Assembly: GCA_009786535.1 (NCBI GenBank)
Contig: WQRX01000018.1
Span: forward strand, 8,513 to 72,512
DNA from: Defluviitaleaceae bacterium
Lineage (GTDB): Bacteria > Bacillota > Clostridia > Lachnospirales > WQUN01
Reading direction: 5' to 3'
Length of the DNA stretch: 64,000 bases
Shown here one piece after another: positions 63,244 through 64,000 of the stretch. The first letter of the stretch is position 1, and every line of letters starts with the position of its first letter. Below the pieces are notes generated by a model. That model was given only the letters and a program-made list of their open reading frames with translations, was not told the origin of the DNA and searched no databases. A program made the translations under genes and the position numbers.

Positions 63244-64000
63244 ATGAAAGCACAACGGCTTTTTTTATTGGCAATTATTGCAGGTCTTCTGCTTCCCGTA
63301 ACCGTACATGCGGGGGAAGGCTGGGGCTTACATTTTACGGAAAAAGGCGCACAACCGCAGGGCAACAAAACCTCCGAATACCTTATGCAATACGATGCCT
63401 TCTACGTAGGCGCACCCGAAGAAAAGGTGATTTACCTCACCTTTGACGCGGGCTACGAGAACGGCTACACTGCACAAATTTTAGATACACTCAAAAAGCA
63501 CAACGCACCTGCGGCATTTTTCCTTGTTGGCACGTATATTCGTGACGAGCCGGAACTGATTAAGCGCATGGTTTCCGAAGGGCATATTGTAGCCAATCAC
63601 ACCATGCGCCACCCCGACATGAGCGCCATCAGCAGCAAAGATGCCTTTAACAAAGAGCTTTCCGCCGTGGAAGAACTATACCGCACCGCAACGGGACAAG
63701 AAATGCCCCGCTTCTACCGCCCGCCAAAGGGTATTTATAACGAGGCAAACCTAAAACTCGCGCAAGAGCTCGGCTACAAAACCATTTTCTGGAGCCTTGC
63801 CTACCGCGATTGGGAAAATGACAAGCAACCATCCCGCGCTGTAGCGCTGGAAAAAATGCTGCCCCGCATTCACAGCGGTGCGGTTATTCTGCTGCACAAT
63901 ACGTCAAAGACCAATGCAGACGTTTTAGATGAACTGCTCACAGAATACAAAAACCTAGGCTACCGCTTCGAAGATTTATTTCATTTGGTAGGCGGCGATG
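63244..64000 (+). CDS. pdaA: Polysaccharide deacetylase, PdaA-like (spore cortex delta-lactam), cut by the window edge
   Basis: Not in the ORF track (no stop within the window). ATG at 63244 after GAGGTGA. Signal peptide MKAQRLFLLAIIAGLLLPVTVHA. NodB motifs: TFDAGYENGYT, ANHTMRHPDM, YRPPKG. Confidence 0.8.
   Translation, partial: MKAQRLFLLAIIAGLLLPVTVHAGEGWGLHFTEKGAQPQGNKTSEYLMQYDAFYVGAPEEKVIYLTFDAGYENGYTAQILDTLKKHNAPAAFFLVGTYIRDEPELIKRMVSEGHIVANHTMRHPDMSAISSKDAFNKELSAVEELYRTATGQEMPRFYRPPKGIYNEANLKLAQELGYKTIFWSLAYRDWENDKQPSRAVALEKMLPRIHSGAVILLHNTSKTNADVLDELLTEYKNLGYRFEDLFHLVGGD

Overview
This looks like a chromosomal window from a spore-forming Clostridia-type Firmicute. Evidence: sipL-like, veg, alpha/beta SASP, pdaA and dacF-like genes, Shine-Dalgarno (SD) led genes, and many 4-nt ATGA stop/start overlaps. 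No rRNA, tRNA, tmRNA, CRISPR array or intact mobile element was seen.

Main blocks:
1. 1-3.3 kb: a GH5 lipoprotein gene translationally coupled to a GGDEF cyclase that carries a sugar-binding-type sensor domain.
2. 3.4-8.5 kb: a visibly AT-richer island. It holds a flagellin, an about 800-aa GLUG-repeat exoprotein, a heavily structured intergenic region, an unannotated 57-aa secreted-peptide gene and an XRE-HTH/TPR-like regulator. My top candidate for something new is an RRNPP-like peptide-signalling cassette controlling the GLUG/flagellin operon.
3. 8.7-10.6 kb: sporulation genes.
4. 10.7-22.3 kb: one long minus-strand lysine-fermentation operon (kal-kce-kdd-kamA-kamD-kamE, MaoC hydratase, DUF3267, a P-loop/MutS-like pair). 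It is interrupted by two AT-rich GNAT genes and one palindromic repeat element.
5. 22.4-30.7 kb: GH67/AraC/GH3 glucuronoxylan genes, a decayed toxin-antitoxin pair and an M14 peptidase.
6. 30.8-64 kb: mostly housekeeping genes (mtnP/mtaD, pdxS, niaR, asp23/yloV, relA, hemZ, hisS, smpB, htrA, apbE cluster, kduI). Interspersed oddities are a sigma/anti-sigma single-chain fusion, a pseudo-receiver-Hpt protein, a BlaI/BlaR1 pair, decayed ABC and histidine-kinase genes, and a family of orientation-specific palindromic 3'-end repeat elements at three loci.

All functional calls come from motif-level reading of the translations. No database search was run. GC statements are by eye, not computed.
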